Below, piece after piece: positions 6,175 to 13,942 of a stretch of 13,943 bases of DNA. The position numbers were made by a program, and so were the translations under genes. The DNA is from Candidatus Micrarchaeota archaeon. GTDB taxonomy: Archaea; Micrarchaeota; Micrarchaeia; Anstonellales; Bilamarchaeaceae. The stretch is taken from the NCBI GenBank assembly GCA_037440825.1, contig JBBITJ010000013.1, positions 11,834 to 25,776 on the forward strand. The letters run 5' to 3'. Within the stretch, counting starts at the first letter, position 1, and every line of letters starts with the position of its first letter. The notes under the pieces were generated by a model. That model did no database searches and was not told where the DNA came from. It worked only from the letters and a program-made list of their open reading frames with translations.

Positions 6175-6735
6175 ATGAAGTCTGCAGTCTCCAGTTCCCA
6201 GTTTCGAAACGCGGAACGGAAAAATGGAAACCGCCATCTGCGCGGCCAGGTCGCCATAGAATACCTCATGAACTACGGCTGGGCCCTGCTCGTTCTCGCA
6301 ATCGTCATCGGCTTCATGCTGTTCAGCGGCGTCTTCGACCCCAACTATTTTGTTGTTGAAGAGTGCTACTTGGGACCGTCGCTCACCTGCCAGGCGCAAC
6401 TCGCTGGAGGCAGCCCGTCGGTGCTCTATTTCAGGATAACAAACGCAGCAGGCTTTCCGGTCAAGATACACGACATATATTTCACTGGGGAGAATATGGG
6501 CGCATCCGGCTACTCGACCAGCACGCTTTCCCTGGATTACGTGCTGAACAACAGCGTGTCCAAAGTGACCAGCATGTCTTTCCCTGGGCCTTCGCAGCCG
6601 CTCAAGAACAGCGTGAGGAAGATCATGGTGAATGTGACCTATTACATCTGCGCGGAGGAAGTGAACCCAGGCTGCACCGAGAACCTGGATTACTTCCGTA
6701 CTGCTACGGGCTGGATAGTGACGAAGGCGCTCTGA
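6175..6735 (+). CDS. Class III signal-peptide (archaeal pilin-like) protein
   Basis: RG/QVAIEYLMNYGWALLVLAIV: prepilin-peptidase site with Q at +1 and E at +5, then a hydrophobic helix and a beta-rich domain with two Cys pairs. Confidence 0.85.
   Translation: MKSAVSSSQFRNAERKNGNRHLRGQVAIEYLMNYGWALLVLAIVIGFMLFSGVFDPNYFVVEECYLGPSLTCQAQLAGGSPSVLYFRITNAAGFPVKIHDIYFTGENMGASGYSTSTLSLDYVLNNSVSKVTSMSFPGPSQPLKNSVRKIMVNVTYYICAEEVNPGCTENLDYFRTATGWIVTKAL
6178..6240. repeat. Inverted heptamer array, in frame within the pilin leader
   Basis: aagtctg cagtctc cagttcc cagtttc | gaaacgc ggaacgg aaaaatg gaaaccg ccatctg; central palindrome gtttcgaaac at 6201-6210. Confidence 0.7.
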
Positions 6736-6736
6736 G

Positions 6737-7249
6737 TCAGCAGTCCCTTATCAACGCGTAAGCCCCTGCCTTTTCCGCATCCTTCTCCTCCATTTTATTT
6801 GAAAAGACGAAAACCCTCTTCCCCTCCTTCGCCAGCTTCTTCACCAGCCCGGCATCGTCGGTCTCGACATAATAGTCCGCAACCCGCTTGTCCTTTTCCG
6901 CGCCGTTGGTCTTGCCTACCAGAAGTCTCCAGCTCTCCTTGAATTTATCCAGATCCAGGGCGCACGGAAGGTCCAGCACGGCTCTCGCCTTCACCGAAAG
7001 GAGCCTCTTTACCAGCTCTTCCCTGGGCGCGATTTCCACTTCTATATTAAGACGGTACGTCATGTGATCGTACAAATCGAAATTGGTGGTGTTCCCGCCC
7101 TTCGCGTTCAAATCCACTATGTGCAGAAATTTCACGTCTTGGGCAAAGGTGCGCAGAATATCCATGGGCTTCCCGACCTGCCTGAGGATGCCGTTCTCCT
7201 CGCGGAACGCGACCTTGTCCCGGATTGTCATCCGTATTCCCCTGATCAT
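6737..7249 (-). CDS. Degenerate, shortened HisA/HisF-like TIM-barrel protein
   Basis: FLHIVDLNAKGGNTTN resembles HisA LHxVDLDxAxxGxxxN; later RLLSVKARAVL and AEKAGAYALI segments also resemble HisA. 170 aa; TATA-like TATTAATA about 30 nt upstream. Confidence 0.7.
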   Translation of the reverse strand: MIRGIRMTIRDKVAFREENGILRQVGKPMDILRTFAQDVKFLHIVDLNAKGGNTTNFDLYDHMTYRLNIEVEIAPREELVKRLLSVKARAVLDLPCALDLDKFKESWRLLVGKTNGAEKDKRVADYYVETDDAGLVKKLAKEGKRVFVFSNKMEEKDAEKAGAYALIRDC

Positions 7250-7345
7250 GCGGGACTATGGGCATGGAACGATATTAATACTTGTCCAGCAGGGTTGCAA
7301 ACCCTTATTAATACATTTTAGTCTAATAATTATAACAAGTGATAG

Positions 7346-7510
7346 CCTGTTCGCCACAGAAAAAGTGCACGCGGGAGCGCCCTCATCTACTCCATAGCCG
7401 AGAGGAAGGGCTGCAAGGGCAAGCTTCTTTTCATAGCCAAGGCGCGGACTTTCGGAAATCCGTTCGCCGTGTTCGAAGGCGAGCCAGGCAACCCGTTCGA
7501 TTACCTCTGA
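7346..7510 (+). pseudogene. Start-less 54-codon reading frame, probable gene remnant or frameshifted small gene
   Basis: Reads ..GSALIYSIAERKGCKGKLLFIAKARTFGNPFAVFEGEPGNPFDYL-stop with G/C-ending codons like neighbouring genes; no suitably placed in-frame start. Confidence 0.35.
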
Positions 7511-7526
7511 TTCAGCGAAAAATACC

Positions 7527-7534
7527 TTTAAATA
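7527..7534 (+). promoter_or_regulatory. Probable thermosome TATA box
   Basis: TTTAAATA preceded by GAAAAATACC. Implies a 5' UTR of about 95 nt ending in a GGTGA ribosome-binding site before ATG 7653. Confidence 0.45.
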
Positions 7535-7580
7535 TTTTTCTTTCAATATCCATTATCAAGGAATCTAATCTTAGTGCCGC

Positions 7581-7615
7581 AAAACGCAAAGCTCTAAACT
7601 GGGAACCAGAATTCA
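7581..7615 (+). repeat. Degenerate heptamer array in the thermosome leader
   Basis: aaaacgc aaagctc taaactg ggaacca gaattca in uninterrupted 7-nt register. Confidence 0.4.
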
Positions 7616-7652
7616 CGCTTACAACACGAACGAAAGAATAAAAGGTGAAATT

Positions 7653-9305
7653 ATGGCAAGGCAAGTTGGAGGACAGGAAGGATACGTCATGCCAGAAGGC
7701 GCGCAGCGCGTTCTCGGACGCGACGCGATGAGGATAAACATCGCGATTGGATACGCGGTGGCCAACATAATCAAAACCACTCTCGGCCCGAAGGGTATGG
7801 ACAAGATGCTCGTTTCGGACCTGGGCGACATAGTGATAACGAACGACGGGGCCACCATCCTGGAAGAGATGAACGTGGAGCACCCTGCAGCCAAGCTCAT
7901 GGTGGAAGTGGCCAAGACTCAGGACAAGGAAGTGGGCGACGGAACCACCACCAGCGTCGTGATTGCAGGAAACCTCCTGAAGAAGGCCGGCGATTTGCTG
8001 GACCAGAACATCCACCCCACCACGGTAATCAAAGGGTACGAGCTCGCGAGCCGCAAGGCGGAAGACGTGCTCAGGAAGACCTCGGACAAAGTAACCATGG
8101 AGGACGTGGAGACGCTCAAGAAGATTGCGCTCGTCTCGATGGGCTCCAAGGGAATAGGGAGCGAGAGCGAGAAGGCCAAGATCGGCGACCTCGTGGTGAA
8201 GGCGGTGAAGCAGGTCGCGGAGAAGAAGGATGGCAAGATTGTGGTTGACACGGACCTGATAAAGATAGAGAAGAAGGCGGGCGGAGAGGTGATGGACACT
8301 GACATCATCGTAGGAGTGCTCGTTGACAAGGAGATCGTGCACGCGGGAATGCCCAAGGAGCTCAAGAACGCGAAGATCGCGCTCATAGACGCCGCGCTCG
8401 AGATCGAGAAGACGGAGACAGACGCGAAGATTGAGATAACGAGCCCGAACCAGATGGAGGCTTTCCTCAAGCAGGAGGAGAAGATGCTCAAGGATATGGT
8501 GGACAAGATAGCAGCTTCCGGAGCGAACGCGGTGTTTTGCCAGAAGGGCATAGACGACCTCGCGCAGCACTACCTCGCCAAGGCTGGGATAGCCGCGGTA
8601 AGGAGGGTGAAGAAGAGCGACATGGAGAAGCTTTCCAGGGCTACGGGCGCGAAGATAGCATCCAGCCTCGAGGACCTCACCGCAAAGGACCTCGGATTCG
8701 CGGGAACCGTGCGCGAGCAGAAGATCGCAGGCGAGGCGATGGTGTTCGTGGAGAACTGCAAGGACCCCAAGAGCGTCACTATCTTCGTGAGGGGCGGAAC
8801 CGACCACGTGGTGAGCGAGGTCGAGAGGGCAGTGAAGGACTCGATAGGCGCGGTTTCATCCAGCCTCGAGGACGGCGCGTTCGTCGCAGGAGGCGGAAGC
8901 ATAGAGATGGAGCTTTCGAAGGAGCTCATGGCCTACGCAACGGAAATCGGGGGAAGGGAGCAGCTCGCGATACAGGCTTTCGCAGAAGCGCTCGAATCCA
9001 TTCCGCGCACGCTTGCGGAGAACGCGGGAATGGACCCGATAGACACGCTTGTGACGCTCAGGAACAAGCACAAGGGCAAGGACGGCAAATACGCCGGAGT
9101 GGATGTGATTGCCGGCCAGGTCGGGGACATGCGCAATAACGGCGTTCTCGAGCCTGCGAAGGTGAAGAAGCAGGCGATTGCGAGCGCTACCGAGACTGCG
9201 AGGCTCATCCTGAGGATTGATGATATCATCAGCTCCAAAGGAAAGAGCAGCCCTAGCCCCGGAGACCACAGCGGAGGAAAGGGCGGCATGGGAGAAGAGA
9301 TGTAA
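7653..9305 (+). CDS. ths: Thermosome subunit (group II chaperonin)
   Basis: [32 protein letters not shown] motifs and a GGM-containing tail; 550 aa. Confidence 0.97.
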   Translation: MARQVGGQEGYVMPEGAQRVLGRDAMRINIAIGYAVANIIKTTLGPKGMDKMLVSDLGDIVITNDGATILEEMNVEHPAAKLMVEVAKTQDKEVGDGTTTSVVIAGNLLKKAGDLLDQNIHPTTVIKGYELASRKAEDVLRKTSDKVTMEDVETLKKIALVSMGSKGIGSESEKAKIGDLVVKAVKQVAEKKDGKIVVDTDLIKIEKKAGGEVMDTDIIVGVLVDKEIVHAGMPKELKNAKIALIDAALEIEKTETDAKIEITSPNQMEAFLKQEEKMLKDMVDKIAASGANAVFCQKGIDDLAQHYLAKAGIAAVRRVKKSDMEKLSRATGAKIASSLEDLTAKDLGFAGTVREQKIAGEAMVFVENCKDPKSVTIFVRGGTDHVVSEVERAVKDSIGAVSSSLEDGAFVAGGGSIEMELSKELMAYATEIGGREQLAIQAFAEALESIPRTLAENAGMDPIDTLVTLRNKHKGKDGKYAGVDVIAGQVGDMRNNGVLEPAKVKKQAIASATETARLILRIDDIISSKGKSSPSPGDHSGGKGGMGEEM

Positions 9306-9338
9306 AAGGGGAATAAGGAAGCAATTCCTTCTCCTTTT
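9304..9338 (+). terminator. Hairpin at the thermosome stop, likely terminator or 3' stabiliser
   Basis: aaaagggg-aat-aaggaa-GCAA-ttcctt-ctcctttt: 14 bp with a 3-nt bulge and GNRA loop. Confidence 0.6.
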
Positions 9339-9362
9339 ATGAGCCTCTCTTGAAGCATAGGC

Positions 9363-9413
9363 CCAAACTTTGTGTGCGTCATGCGAAGCATGCTCGCACA
9401 CAAACCAAACTTT
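9363..9413. repeat. 36-bp hairpin flanked by direct repeats
   Basis: tttgtgtgcg-t-catgc-GAA-gcatg-ct-cgcacacaaa (9369-9404); ccaaacttt at 9363-9371 and 9405-9413. Confidence 0.6.
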
Positions 9414-9449
9414 TTATTTGTTTCTTTTCTCTTTGCAACTCTTTTTACT

Positions 9450-9638
9450 TCAAATCCTTCTTATCTTCAAAAGCTTGTACGCTGCGAAAGTTCCTCACGC
9501 AACTTCCAGCACGCATCCGAACGCGTTCGCCCCTGCGTATCTTGCGGAATCGTGCGAGAGCTTCCCAAAGAGATTCAGGGCAAACGCGGCAAGCTGGATG
9601 AACGCGCCCAGAAGCCCAATGAGAAGAAGCTCGGCCAT
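9450..9638 (-). pseudogene. Interrupted small membrane protein (CBU_0592/PQ-loop-like family)
   Basis: ATG 9638 abuts the antiporter stop. Reads MAELLLIGLLGAFIQLAAFALNLFGKLSHDSARYAGANAFGCVLEVA-TGA(9497-9495)-GTFAAYKLLKIRRI-TGA(9452-9450). Not in the ORF track. Confidence 0.65.
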
Positions 9639-10934
9639 TCAAACCCTCTTCATGAGGGGCTGCATCATGAACGGCATGAGGAACGCGGTAAGGGAGGACA
9701 TCGCTGCTATCACCGTGTATTGCTCTTGCGTGAGCACGCCTTTCGTGAGCCCTATGAGCCCGACTATGAGCGCCACCTCCCCTCTTGGGGACATACCTAT
9801 GCCCACGATCGCGCTCTCTATCGGTTTGAGCCTTATCGCAAGCCCGCCTATCCAGCAGCCCGCGAACTTGCTCGCGATGGCTATCGCAGTCACGATCAGT
9901 ATGGGGACGAATAACGTGAAGATCGCGGAAACGTCCACCAGCATCCCGATGGATATGAAGAATATGGGCGCGAAGATTAGTTCCACTCCCTGCGTTCTGG
10001 AATCGATCTCCTGCCTGTGCCGGCTTCTGTTCAGTATTATGCCTGCGAGGAATGCGCCAACTATGCTGGAAAGGCCGATGTACTCGGATATGTAAGAATA
10101 AACGAACGCGAAAGACAGCACCGTCAGCAGGTTCTTGGAGTCGAAGTGGCTGGCATCTATGAAGTTCCTCACGAAATACCTGCCTGCGATCACCCCTCCA
10201 AACAAGAACACGATCGTGTTCCCTATGATGGGGAGTATCGATCCGATGTCTGCAGACTGGGACGAGAATACGGAAACGAACGACAGCACTAGGAGACCCA
10301 GCACGTCGTCTATTATCGCGGCGCCAAGTATCACCTCACCAAACTTCGTCTTCAGCAGCCCGTATTCCTTGAGCAGCGCCACTGTTATGCCTACGCTCGT
10401 GGCTACGAGCGCCGCCCCGAGGAACATCCCATAGACCGTGTCTGCGCCGCTCAGGATCGCGTATGCGTATCCCGCGGCGAACGGCACCACCACTCCCAAA
10501 AGGGCCACGATGCTGTTTTCGGCGTTGAATATGCTCCCGAATTTCACGTGCAGCCCGACCTTGAGGAGTATGAATATAGCCCCGAGCTGACCGAACACCT
10601 GGATCAGTTTTTCATCTGTTATGAAATGGGGTATGGTTTTTGGGAAGAACGGGACGATGGAAGTGACCGCGGGCCATACCATTTCCGCGAAGCTTTGGCT
10701 GAGCAGTACTCCTATGATGAGGAGCAGGACCACTGACGGCTGCTTGAGGTACACCACCGCGAGCTCGGCTGCCATGGCAAGCAGCAGCAGGAAGCTTATC
10801 TCGAAGAACAGGTGCTTCTCCTCCTCAACATAGCTGAAAACGCTCGTCCTTATGATGGATATGACGAGCAGGGCGAAAAGCCCGAGCACGATGAGCAGCA
10901 CTATCGGCGCTACCCTGTCCCCGAATTTTTTCAT
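9639..10934 (-). CDS. Cation:proton antiporter, CPA2 family (NapA/Kef-like Na+/H+ exchanger)
   Basis: Many transmembrane segments; motifs ATSVGIT, GAAIIDD, GAFLAG, FAPIFF, PRGEV. Overlaps the hisS stop (ATGA). Confidence 0.92.
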   Translation of the reverse strand: MKKFGDRVAPIVLLIVLGLFALLVISIIRTSVFSYVEEEKHLFFEISFLLLLAMAAELAVVYLKQPSVVLLLIIGVLLSQSFAEMVWPAVTSIVPFFPKTIPHFITDEKLIQVFGQLGAIFILLKVGLHVKFGSIFNAENSIVALLGVVVPFAAGYAYAILSGADTVYGMFLGAALVATSVGITVALLKEYGLLKTKFGEVILGAAIIDDVLGLLVLSFVSVFSSQSADIGSILPIIGNTIVFLFGGVIAGRYFVRNFIDASHFDSKNLLTVLSFAFVYSYISEYIGLSSIVGAFLAGIILNRSRHRQEIDSRTQGVELIFAPIFFISIGMLVDVSAIFTLFVPILIVTAIAIASKFAGCWIGGLAIRLKPIESAIVGIGMSPRGEVALIVGLIGLTKGVLTQEQYTVIAAMSSLTAFLMPFMMQPLMKRV

Positions 10935-12175
10935 TCCCTCAACCTCGCAACCGCTTCGCTGACCGGAATCATCTCCTCCTTTCCGCTCTCCATGTCCCGG
11001 AGCGTTACCTTGCCTTCCTTCGTCTCCTTCTCGCCCACTATGGCGACATACCTTATCCCGAGGGAATTGGCGTAATCGAACTGCTTTCCGAGGTTGCGCT
11101 CGTTCAGGTCAGCCTCTGCGGCTATTCCGCTTTTCCTGAATTCATCAGCAATCTTCGCAGCTTGCGAATAATACCCTTTCACTGAAGCGACGAACACCTT
11201 CGTGTACGTTTTCCTCGCGCTCTGGTCCTTGGCTTGCCGCTCCTTTATCAAATACATCAACCTCTCTATTCCCAGGCTTATCCCGGTTGCGTAATCGTTC
11301 TGCCCGTACAATCCGAGCAGGTTGTCGTATCTCCCGCCTCCTCCGCAGCTCCCTATCTCATCGCTCAGTTTTATCTCGAAAACCGGGCCGGTGTAATATC
11401 CCAAGCCGCGCACGAGGAAGAAATCCACCTTCACATCCAGGCCTTCACATCCTAAAACAATTTCCTCCAGCTCCTTCGCGCCCTCCTCGCTTATCTTCCT
11501 TGCAGCCTCTATCTTCTGCGCGTTGGTGCCTGTCGTAGCCAGCACGTCGAAAAGCGCGCTGCCGTTCTCCTTCCCGAGCAGCTTCTCCATGTCCACCCTG
11601 ACTTTTTCCAGCCCGAGCTTGTCTATCTTATCCAGAAGGCGGAACACCATCTCCTTCTCTTCTTCAAAACCGAGCTTCGCAGCGAGCGCATCCAATATCT
11701 TCCTGTTGTTCAGCAGGAACTGGGGCTTCTCGAACCCCAGCGCGAAAAGCGCGTCGTTTGCGAGCCTCAGCAATTCCACTTCAGAGCGCATGCTTTTGCT
11801 TCCAATAATGTCAGCGTCGGCCTGCCAGAACTCCCTCATCCTTCCTTTCTGCGGCTCCTCCTTCCTCCATACTGTTGAAATGCAATATCTCTTGAACGGC
11901 TTCGGGATCGCGTTGTTCGCAGCCACTCGCGCAAGCGGAACCGTGAGGTCGAACCTCAGCCCGACTTCCTCGTCCTCCAATTTGAAAATCTGCCCTGCAA
12001 TCTCGTCCCCGCTTTTCGCTTTGAGCGTGCTTATGTATTCCAGCGCAGGCGTATCCAGAGGGCGGAAGCCGTAGAGCCTGTAAACAGACGTGATCTTCTC
12101 TATCACCTGTTCCCTGGTAAGCATCTCTTCAGGAAGGAAATCCCTCATTCCCTTTGGTGTGAGCTTTTCTGCCAT
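10931..12175 (-). CDS. hisS: Histidine--tRNA ligase
   Basis: PKGMRD, LRFDLTVPLAR, motif 2 RKEEPQKGRMREFWQ, RGLGYYTG, GGGGRYD, motif 3 GIER, and C-terminal anticodon-binding domain. Confidence 0.97.
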   Translation of the reverse strand: MAEKLTPKGMRDFLPEEMLTREQVIEKITSVYRLYGFRPLDTPALEYISTLKAKSGDEIAGQIFKLEDEEVGLRFDLTVPLARVAANNAIPKPFKRYCISTVWRKEEPQKGRMREFWQADADIIGSKSMRSEVELLRLANDALFALGFEKPQFLLNNRKILDALAAKLGFEEEKEMVFRLLDKIDKLGLEKVRVDMEKLLGKENGSALFDVLATTGTNAQKIEAARKISEEGAKELEEIVLGCEGLDVKVDFFLVRGLGYYTGPVFEIKLSDEIGSCGGGGRYDNLLGLYGQNDYATGISLGIERLMYLIKERQAKDQSARKTYTKVFVASVKGYYSQAAKIADEFRKSGIAAEADLNERNLGKQFDYANSLGIRYVAIVGEKETKEGKVTLRDMESGKEEMIPVSEAVARLRE

Positions 12176-12196
12176 GCAATCATCTCTCGTATAACG

Positions 12197-12204
12197 TTTT
12201 TAAA
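12197..12204 (-). promoter_or_regulatory. TATA box of the hisS operon (leaderless)
   Basis: Minus strand TTTAAAAA starting 29 nt before ATG 12175. Confidence 0.5.
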
Positions 12205-12233
12205 CATAAATAAAAAAGGAAAAAAAGAAAGAG

Positions 12234-12638
12234 CTACCTCACGACCTCTTCAGGCGCGATGCCCTGCTGCGCCAGCACTTCATTCACGTTCGCGAGGAAC
12301 GCTATCGCGTAGTGCTCCGAGATGTTGCCCCTTCTGAGCTCGTCGGCAATCGCCTCCGCCCCTCCCTTCAGGTCGAAAATCCTGCGCTCATCCAGGATGA
12401 CCTTCGGCGCGGCCTCGAAGATCACCGGTTTTCGCTTGACGGCGAATTCCAGGGAAGAAAAGCCTCGCAGTCCCTGTTCGATTCTGATCCCTGCCCCCCG
12501 TTCCTGCTGATGGCGCCGATTGGCGAGGAAGCCGGCCTTGCAAAGGAATTCGAGCAGTTGCGCGCGAGGGTTGCGGAACTTGGCGTTGCCGGAAACTTTT
12601 CCCTCTGGTCTTACCTGCACCTCTTCTGATTTTCCCAT
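12234..12638 (-). CDS. Hypothetical protein, 134 aa
   Basis: Fills the gap between hisS and the lipase, uses genome-like codons in its 3' half, and is followed by a long T-rich tract on the minus strand. Start uncertain; no family recognised. Confidence 0.6.
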   Translation of the reverse strand: MGKSEEVQVRPEGKVSGNAKFRNPRAQLLEFLCKAGFLANRRHQQERGAGIRIEQGLRGFSSLEFAVKRKPVIFEAAPKVILDERRIFDLKGGAEAIADELRRGNISEHYAIAFLANVNEVLAQQGIAPEEVVR

Positions 12639-12649
12639 AATCTTACATC

Positions 12650-12657
12650 TTTATAAA
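12650..12657 (+). promoter_or_regulatory. TATA box upstream of the patatin gene
   Basis: Palindromic TTTATAAA, 38 nt before ATG 12688. Confidence 0.5.
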
Positions 12658-12687
12658 CTCCGTCGTCCAATACAGATGGGTGTTCTC

Positions 12688-13896
12688 ATGGCGAGGCTGC
12701 TTGATTTTTACGCAAAAATGAAATGGAGCCCTGCTGCAAAGGAGCTTAGCAGGACCGCTGACCCTGATTTGTACGCGAAGCGCTTGGAAAAGACGCCGGA
12801 ATCCAGGAAAATAGTGAGGAAATTCCACGACGCGCTCCTCGATTCATCCGAAGACCTGGTTTTCAGGGGAAACGCGGTTCCCCTGAAGAAGCTCGCGGCA
12901 GAGGGGCGCCTCAACCCGGACAACAGCAGCATTTCGATATCCATAAGCGGAGGCAGCCTGAGGGTGTTCGCGTTCCTCTCTTTCCTCGAAACGCTGCGCA
13001 ACCACGGAATCCCGATAACGAACTACGCTGGCACTTCCGCAGGCTCGCTCGCCTCATTCATAGACCGCGCCGGCTTCGATTTCAAGAGCGTATGGAAAGT
13101 GATGGACGCGGAGCTGGTGGGCGCGCTCATGTTCGACATAAACTGGTGGAACCTGATAAGGCTCAGGAGCCCGCTGGAAGGCGACCGCATAATCAAGTTC
13201 GTGGAAACCTCGCTGGGCCAGCGCTACAAGTCGAAGACGATGGAAGAGCTGCCCGGGCTTTTCGTCACCTCCGTGCTCGTGAACTCGTACAGGAACCCCA
13301 AGATGTGCGACGGGAAGTACACGGGCGACATTTCTTCCTACGAGAGGGTGATATTCTCGTACCTGGACGACCCGCAGATGAAGGTCGCTGAAGCGCTCTT
13401 CTCCAGCATGTGCTTGCCCGTGTTCAAGAGCCTGAGGTTCAGAGAGAGGGAATTCACCGCGCTGATCAACACAGGGCTCAAGAAGGCCGCGCGCAAGGCC
13501 GCGCTGGAAGAGCCAGCGTTCGCCACCGTGCTTTCGACCAGGAACGGGAGGACCATAGACGGGGGGTACATGAACAACTTCCCCTTCGACATCCTCCTTA
13601 TGAGGAGCGGACCTGCGGACGTCGTGATAAACCTCGTCGCGGACTACCCTGGCCAGGTGGAAGTGCCGGAAAAGACGATATTCAGCCCGCTCATCTCAAC
13701 CCCTGTGGACATACATTTCAAGGAGGAGCTCGACATGGACCGCATAATATACAGGGACGCGAACGTGATCCACTGGGAGATAGGAAAAGACGTGCGGAAC
13801 ATTGGGCTCACCGATTTCCACAGGATTCCGGACCTCATTGAAGCAGGAAGGAAGAGCGCAACCGCGCTTCTCTCGAAGCTTGGAATCATCAGCTAG
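12688..13896 (+). CDS. Patatin-like phospholipase
   Basis: Oxyanion motif SGGSLR, nucleophile GTSAG, catalytic DGG. Start placed at ATG 12688 (GGGTG upstream; alternative 12676) rather than 12520; 402 aa. Confidence 0.88.
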   Translation: MARLLDFYAKMKWSPAAKELSRTADPDLYAKRLEKTPESRKIVRKFHDALLDSSEDLVFRGNAVPLKKLAAEGRLNPDNSSISISISGGSLRVFAFLSFLETLRNHGIPITNYAGTSAGSLASFIDRAGFDFKSVWKVMDAELVGALMFDINWWNLIRLRSPLEGDRIIKFVETSLGQRYKSKTMEELPGLFVTSVLVNSYRNPKMCDGKYTGDISSYERVIFSYLDDPQMKVAEALFSSMCLPVFKSLRFREREFTALINTGLKKAARKAALEEPAFATVLSTRNGRTIDGGYMNNFPFDILLMRSGPADVVINLVADYPGQVEVPEKTIFSPLISTPVDIHFKEELDMDRIIYRDANVIHWEIGKDVRNIGLTDFHRIPDLIEAGRKSATALLSKLGIIS

Positions 13897-13942
13897 TTTT
13901 CTTGTTCTTCAGCGCAGCCTTGAGCAGCGCCACGAAAAGCGG
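13889..13942 (-). CDS. 3' end of a truncated gene, probably CTP synthase or another class I amidotransferase
   Basis: Reads PLFVALLKAALKNKKTS-stop, resembling the PyrG C-terminal PLFxxFxxAA helix. Only 17 aa visible. Confidence 0.5.
   Translation of the reverse strand, partial: PLFVALLKAALKNKKTS

Noticed and set aside
7256..7641. ORFs 7256-7546 (-) and 7339-7641 (+)
   Set aside because: Both run through AT-rich promoter tracts; a third frame has the better codon pattern.
8659..8873. 17-bp exact repeat catccagcctcgaggac at 8659-8675 and 8857-8873
   Set aside because: Both copies are in frame encoding SSLED with preferred codons; only two copies and no sign of an insertion.
7512..9403. Long antisense and alternate-frame ORFs over the thermosome (likewise over priL, priS, the ATPase, antiporter and hisS)
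   Set aside because: Expected by-products of G/C-rich third codon positions in real genes.
12520..12675. Longer N-terminus of the patatin ORF
   Set aside because: It overlaps the divergent gene and the TATA box at 12650-12657.
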